Assembly (NCBI GenBank): GCA_963736015.1
Contig: CAVTNG010000009.1
Coordinates: 129,005-193,004, forward strand
Length of the DNA stretch: 64,000 nt
From: an uncultured Chloroflexia bacterium
GTDB taxonomy: Bacteria > Chloroflexota > Dehalococcoidia > DSTF01 > JACRBR01
Direction of reading: 5' to 3'
In this document: piece after piece, positions 59,823 through 64,000 of the stretch
Layout of the letters: each line of letters begins with the position of its first letter
How positions within the stretch are numbered: position 1 is the first letter of the stretch
Position numbers and translations under genes: made by a program
The notes under the pieces: generated by a model
What the model was told of the DNA's origin: nothing
Databases searched by the model: none
What the model saw: only the letters and a program-made list of their open reading frames with translations

Positions 59823-60698
59823 CTAACCGCGCGCTGGCTCCAGAGCGATGCCTGCCAGTTCGTCGAGGCCGCGCACCAGTCCATCCTCGTCCTGGGCGGC
59901 GAAAGCGAACAGGAGCTGATCGACGCCGGCCTCACGGTACTGCCGCACGAGGTCGGCGGTTGCCGGCCGCAGGTAGGGACACATCGTGACAACGATGTCT
60001 TCCCGGGTACGGCCCCGCTCTGCCAGGAAGTCGGTCAGTCGCACGATCTTCGCAGCGGTCTCCTGCGGCGACAGATTGAAGCCGTACCATCCCTGCGCGA
60101 GGTCGGCGGCGCGCCTGAGCGCAGCATCTGCGTTGCCTCCCATGTGGACGGGCGGATACGGCTGTTGCACGGGTTTCGGGTACTGACGCGTGCGCGGCAG
60201 GTGATAGAACGGGCCGTCGTACTCGGAGTGGGCATCGCACCACAGCCGAGTCATGACCTCGAGGTAGGCGCGTGTCCTCGCTGCGCGGCGTTCGAACGGG
60301 ACGCCCAGCGCCTCGAACTCCTCCGCGAGCCAGCCGATGCCCACGCCGAAGTCGACGCGGCCCGCCGAAAGCCAATCGAGCGTGGCGACTTCTTTCGCCG
60401 TGTAGACCGGGTTGCGCTGCGGCACGAGGCAGATGCCGGTCCCGAGCCGTATCCGCTCGGTGACGGCGGCGAGGAAACTCAGAGCCTGGAACGGGTCGAG
60501 AATCCCCGAACCATCACGTACCGGGATGCGCCCGTTGTCTCCATAGGGATAGCGCGATGCGTATTCGTCGAAGAGCACGACGTGTTCGGCCACCCAGATG
60601 GAGTCGAAGCCCAGCTCCTCGGCCGCGCGGCCGAGCGTGCGAAGGTACGGTCCCGTAGCGGCCGGATTCGCGAGCGGGGCGAAGAGTCCGATGTCCAT
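59823..60698 (-). CDS. LLM-class (luciferase-like) F420-dependent oxidoreductase
   Basis: ATG 60698. MDIGLFAPLANPAATGPYLRTLGRAAEELGFDSIWVAEHVV...GTGICLVPQRNPVYTAKEVATLDWLSAGRVDFGVGIGW. Confidence 0.8.
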   Translation of the reverse strand: MDIGLFAPLANPAATGPYLRTLGRAAEELGFDSIWVAEHVVLFDEYASRYPYGDNGRIPVRDGSGILDPFQALSFLAAVTERIRLGTGICLVPQRNPVYTAKEVATLDWLSAGRVDFGVGIGWLAEEFEALGVPFERRAARTRAYLEVMTRLWCDAHSEYDGPFYHLPRTRQYPKPVQQPYPPVHMGGNADAALRRAADLAQGWYGFNLSPQETAAKIVRLTDFLAERGRTREDIVVTMCPYLRPATADLVRQYREAGVDQLLFAFAAQDEDGLVRGLDELAGIALEPARG

Positions 60699-60832
60699 AC
60701 ACGCTCCGGGCGGCGCGCCTGACGCCGAGTTGCAGCCGATCGTAGGTGCCCTATGGCAGGCAGAGCAACGAGCGCCGAGCGCGGCGCCCCGGCATCGATA
60801 GGGCACGGGCGGGCGCGTGCGCCCGATAGCGA

Positions 60833-61672
60833 TCAGCCGTTGAGTTCGAGCACGGAGCCTTCCGTGCCGGGGGTGAGCTTGAATGGCAGCCGATCCCCGT
60901 GGGGTGCGTCGTCGAGCATGCGGTCCAGGGCGGCGTCGTCATGCGACGGATCGTGGTGGAATGTCACCAGCTCACGGACGCCAGTCAATCGCGCGAAGTC
61001 GAGCGATTGGCAGAGGGAGCTGTGGCCCCAGCCGACATGCTCGGCGTATTCGGCGTCGTCGTACTGCGTGTCGTGGATCAGGACATCGGCGCCGTCCGCA
61101 AGCGCAAAGCCGGACGTCCAGTCGGCATCGGCCGGGACGCGCCCCGTCGCGAGAGCCGGCTCGTGGTCGGGCAGATAGGTCAAGGTGACACCGCCCTCGG
61201 TGATGCGATAGCCGACGGTCGGCCCGGGATGGCATACGAGGTCCGCCATGATCTCGAAGCCGCCGACGCTGAAGCGCTCCCGCGCGACGTCGTGGAGTGT
61301 CAGGCGACAGGGCAGATCGCGGATACGGACCGGGAAGAGCGGCGGGGAGAGATACCGCGCGAGCCGCTCCCGCATGTCGAGCGTGACGGACGGAGGGCCC
61401 CAGATGTGCACGTCCAGGTCCGGTCGAAAGAGCGGCTTGAAGAACCCGAGGCCCTGGATGTGATCCATGTGCAGATGCGTGAGCAGCAGGTCGATGCGCG
61501 GCGCATCGGCCAGCCGTTCGCCGAGCGCGAGAATGCCGGTGCCGGCGTCCAGCACCACGACGGTGCCATCGTCTCCTCGCACTTCCACGCACGATGTGTT
61601 GCCGCCGTAGCGCACGGTGTTCGGCCCCGCGTTCGCCATCGAGCCGCGCGTGCCGTGAAGCGTTACCTTCAC
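60833..61672 (-). CDS. MBL-fold metallo-hydrolase
   Basis: GTG 61672 overlaps the PAS gene stop (GTGA). VVLDAGTG...LLLTHLHMDHIQGLGFF (HxHxDH motif). Confidence 0.8.
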   Translation of the reverse strand: MKVTLHGTRGSMANAGPNTVRYGGNTSCVEVRGDDGTVVVLDAGTGILALGERLADAPRIDLLLTHLHMDHIQGLGFFKPLFRPDLDVHIWGPPSVTLDMRERLARYLSPPLFPVRIRDLPCRLTLHDVARERFSVGGFEIMADLVCHPGPTVGYRITEGGVTLTYLPDHEPALATGRVPADADWTSGFALADGADVLIHDTQYDDAEYAEHVGWGHSSLCQSLDFARLTGVRELVTFHHDPSHDDAALDRMLDDAPHGDRLPFKLTPGTEGSVLELNG

Positions 61673-62094
61673 GGCGCGGGTACCTCCCACCAGATGGCGA
61701 TGGCGCCGAGCGGTCGGCGTCCCTCGCCCTCGAACGGGAACGCCGTCACCTCGACATCGCGCCACACCTTGTCGAGCGCGCAGTAGCGGAGCCTTCGATG
61801 GCTCGGTCGCCGCTCCTGGAGCGCGACTGCGAGCGGGAACTCATCGACAGTCAGGGGAGAGCCGTCGGCGGCAGCAATCTGGAAGACATCGGAGAGCTGG
61901 GCGAGCGGCATCGCGCCGGCTTCGTCGAAGCGCATGCCGAGCAGCGCCTCGGCGGGCTCGTTGTAGTAGAGCAGGTCGCCGTCGAGCCCGGTCACCCAGA
62001 TGGGCAGACTCATGTGGCTCGCCCACTGGCGCAGCAGGATGATCTCGAATCTCTCGTTGAGGCACCGCCGACCGACACCGCCTTTCGGTGCCAT
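61669..62094 (-). CDS. PAS domain protein
   Basis: 141 aa with LPIWVTGLDGDLLYYNEPAEALLG...GSPLTVDEFPLAVAL...VEVTAFPFEG. Confidence 0.65.
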   Translation of the reverse strand: MAPKGGVGRRCLNERFEIILLRQWASHMSLPIWVTGLDGDLLYYNEPAEALLGMRFDEAGAMPLAQLSDVFQIAAADGSPLTVDEFPLAVALQERRPSHRRLRYCALDKVWRDVEVTAFPFEGEGRRPLGAIAIWWEVPAP

Positions 62095-62307
62095 GCTACA
62101 CCTGCCAGTGCCCTATGGGCGCGTGCTTGCCTTTCAGACTCGGGGCGCGGCCGTGGAGCGGCCGGTCGCATCTGCAATCTGGAGGCGGGCAGGGCATCCC
62201 GGGGGGGTGCCTCATTGGAGCGGGATGCCGATCATAGACTCGAGGGCCGCGGCGCGAGCCGGTCATGTAACGCGATCGCAATCGGGGGCGCCTACAATCG
62301 AGGGACG

Positions 62308-63108
62308 ATGCTGGAGGAGCGGGTCCGCGAACTGAAGGGGATCATCTCGGGCGCCGACGGGCGCAACGCCGTCGACGCGCGGTTCGCGCGCGCGGTCGAC
62401 GAGCTGGTGAGCGCCGTCTACGACGACATCGGCGAGATCAAGAGGCTGCCGACGCGCGCCCTCTTCGACCTCTTCGTGATCAAGGTCTTGTACATCGGAC
62501 GCCGGAGCTCTGACGCAGGGGTCGTCGATTACCTCGGACAACTGCTGGAGTCGCGGCTCGATGCCGGCGAGCTGTTTCCGCCGGACGAGCAGGGCCGGCC
62601 GCGGCGGATGTACTTCTCGGACATGCTCGACCCAAACATGCGTGGACGCCACCAGAACATGTTCGAGGCATGGCGTGGCTACGCCGACAACGCACTCTTC
62701 GTGACGGGCATGTTCCCGCACAGCGTGCAGCCGCGGCAGGCGGCGAGGGGAGTGGTGCGGCGACGCAGCTCGCGACCGGGCATCGACGCGGGCTACTACG
62801 TGAGCACCGGCAAGACGATGTACCGGATGGCGGCGCGCCACGAGCTGGCGGAGGACACGCAACAGCGAGTGACGCTGGAAAAGCTCGCACGCTATTTCGA
62901 GGTGTACGCGGACGCGCTCAACGAGATGAGCGAGCGGTACATCATGGGCTTCGACATGGAGCTGATCGCGGACAAGATGCTCGACAACTTCAACCGCTAT
63001 CGGGTCTCGCGCGATGAGGCGTACCTCACAAACGCGCGGCGCTACGCTGCAATCCTGCAGCTCGACCGCGATCGCTTCCCATCGCTCTTCAGCCAGCCGG
63101 GAGCGTAG
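62308..63108 (+). CDS. hypothetical protein
   Basis: 266-aa ORF from ATG 62308, inside track ORF 61594..63108. TACAAT lies 10 nt upstream of the ATG (possible leaderless mRNA). Confidence 0.5.
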   Translation: MLEERVRELKGIISGADGRNAVDARFARAVDELVSAVYDDIGEIKRLPTRALFDLFVIKVLYIGRRSSDAGVVDYLGQLLESRLDAGELFPPDEQGRPRRMYFSDMLDPNMRGRHQNMFEAWRGYADNALFVTGMFPHSVQPRQAARGVVRRRSSRPGIDAGYYVSTGKTMYRMAARHELAEDTQQRVTLEKLARYFEVYADALNEMSERYIMGFDMELIADKMLDNFNRYRVSRDEAYLTNARRYAAILQLDRDRFPSLFSQPGA

Positions 63109-63214
63109 CACCACCCGGCCCGTCGATAGCTCGACCGGCACAAACCTGCTTCAATTCCCCCGGCGGCACCAAGGCTCACACGGGCAGCCCGGCGACCGGT
63201 GAAGGGACCACCTC

Positions 63215-63694
63215 ATGACGACGATCGGCACGAAGCGCGTGGACCACGTGAGCATGGCCGTGTGGAGCATCGAACAGGCGCTCCCGCTGTTCACGGAACT
63301 GTTCGGGTGGGCGGAGGCAGGAGGGCCGGGGAAGGGGCGGTTCCGGAACGAGGATGCCGGGTTTGCCGGTGTCGTGCTGGACGTGCCGGGGGCGGACGGA
63401 CAGCGGCAGATGCAGTGGGAGATCCTGGAGCCGATCGGCGAGGAGAGCTTCATCGCGAAGTTCCTGCGCGAGCGCGGGCCGGGGCTGCACCATGTGACGA
63501 TCGAAGTGGAGGACGCGGACGCAGCCGCGGCGGCGATGCGGGCGAAGGGCATCGAGCCGTTCGGCGGGCCGCGCGTATCGTGGGACTGGAAAGAGATGTT
63601 CATCCACCCGAAGGCGACGCAAGGGGTGCTGTTCCAGTTGTTCGAGCACCTGGACGTACCCGGGTACCTGGGCGGCCCGCCGCAGAGCGAGTGA
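63215..63694 (+). CDS. VOC family protein (methylmalonyl-CoA epimerase/glyoxalase-like)
   Basis: KRVDHVSMAVWSIEQALPLFTELFG...GPGLHHVTIEVEDADAAAAAMRAKGIEPF...FIHPKATQGVLFQLFE. Confidence 0.75.
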   Translation: MTTIGTKRVDHVSMAVWSIEQALPLFTELFGWAEAGGPGKGRFRNEDAGFAGVVLDVPGADGQRQMQWEILEPIGEESFIAKFLRERGPGLHHVTIEVEDADAAAAAMRAKGIEPFGGPRVSWDWKEMFIHPKATQGVLFQLFEHLDVPGYLGGPPQSE

Positions 63695-63903
63695 CGCTGG
63701 CCGGGGCTAGAGCTTACGACAAGCAAGGATGCGGTCATTACGCCCCGGTGTGCGTGGGTGCAGCATGCGGATGACATGGGCGTCTCACAACTTCTCATTA
63801 CTTGACGCGCAATTATTGACGTAGCCCAAGCTCCCGCCTACGGTGGAGCCTCGGGCCGCAGGGGTGGGGTCCAATCGGCAATCCCTCAGCGAAAGGACCT
63901 CAC

Positions 63904-64000
63904 GTGCAGAAACACATCGTCGCGCTCGTTGCGATCGTGCTGATCGGAGCGGGAGCACTCCTCGCCGCCGGACAGGTGTTCGCGTCCGCCGGCAGCGGTC
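63904..64000 (+). CDS. secreted/membrane protein, 5' fragment (runs off window)
   Basis: GTG 63904 follows GAAAGGA. VQKHIVALVAIVLIGAGALLAAGQVFASAGSG is signal-peptide-like. TTGACG-17 nt-TACGGT candidate promoter at 63816-63844. Confidence 0.4.
   Translation, partial: MQKHIVALVAIVLIGAGALLAAGQVFASAGSG

Overview
High-GC (~68-70%) bacterial chromosome segment, about 70 genes. The F420-type enzymes and EF-Tu/ribosomal protein sequences suggest Chloroflexota or Actinomycetota, but this cannot be settled from the sequence alone. Content, left to right: (1) small-molecule enzymes (thioesterase, PPOX-class, PhyH dioxygenase, CoA-transferase). (2) The conserved minus-strand block tRNA-Thr(TGT)-tRNA-Thr(GGT)-tuf-rpmG-secE-nusG-rplK-rplA ... 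rplJ-rplL, interrupted between rplA and rplJ by an opposite-strand FAD oxidoreductase. (3) A VOC / TetM-like ribosomal protection / APH resistance-type trio. (4) Two adjacent giant secreted enzymes (PA14-PA14-sugar dehydrogenase-PKD, and an S8-like peptidase), plus a third secreted protein 18 kb away behind an ECF sigma/anti-sigma pair. All three share a ~230-aa TSP3 plus dockerin-like C-terminal module, and the third has a cohesin-like N-terminus. This candidate cohesin-dockerin-type surface system is the most interesting signal. (5) ssuD-ssuE-HAD, an atypical OmpR-family regulator and assorted enzymes. (6) A divergent PrpD-family / MaoC-ACAD-MaoC-CoA transferase-CitE cluster resembling the itaconate (C5-dicarboxylate) degradation locus. 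Its intergenic region is split by a Ddn-like gene flanked by 76-bp direct repeats. (7) A TetR gene with a perfect palindromic operator, followed by six acyl-CoA dehydrogenase genes, five of them tandem paralogs in different states of decay. (8) recF, two tandem MmyB-like regulators, a DUF2652-type protein, an F420 LLM oxidoreductase and a PAS-MBL pair. Several dispersed repeat families occur, including a ~150-bp MITE-like element with 11-bp terminal inverted repeats. A pervasive caveat: by manual reading about 42 single-base frame disruptions plus one nonsense codon hit about 22 genes, including essential tuf. They are clustered rather than uniform, so many 'pseudogene' calls may reflect sequence or assembly indels. 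All coordinates and joins were derived by eye from the ORF track and sequence. No database search was run.
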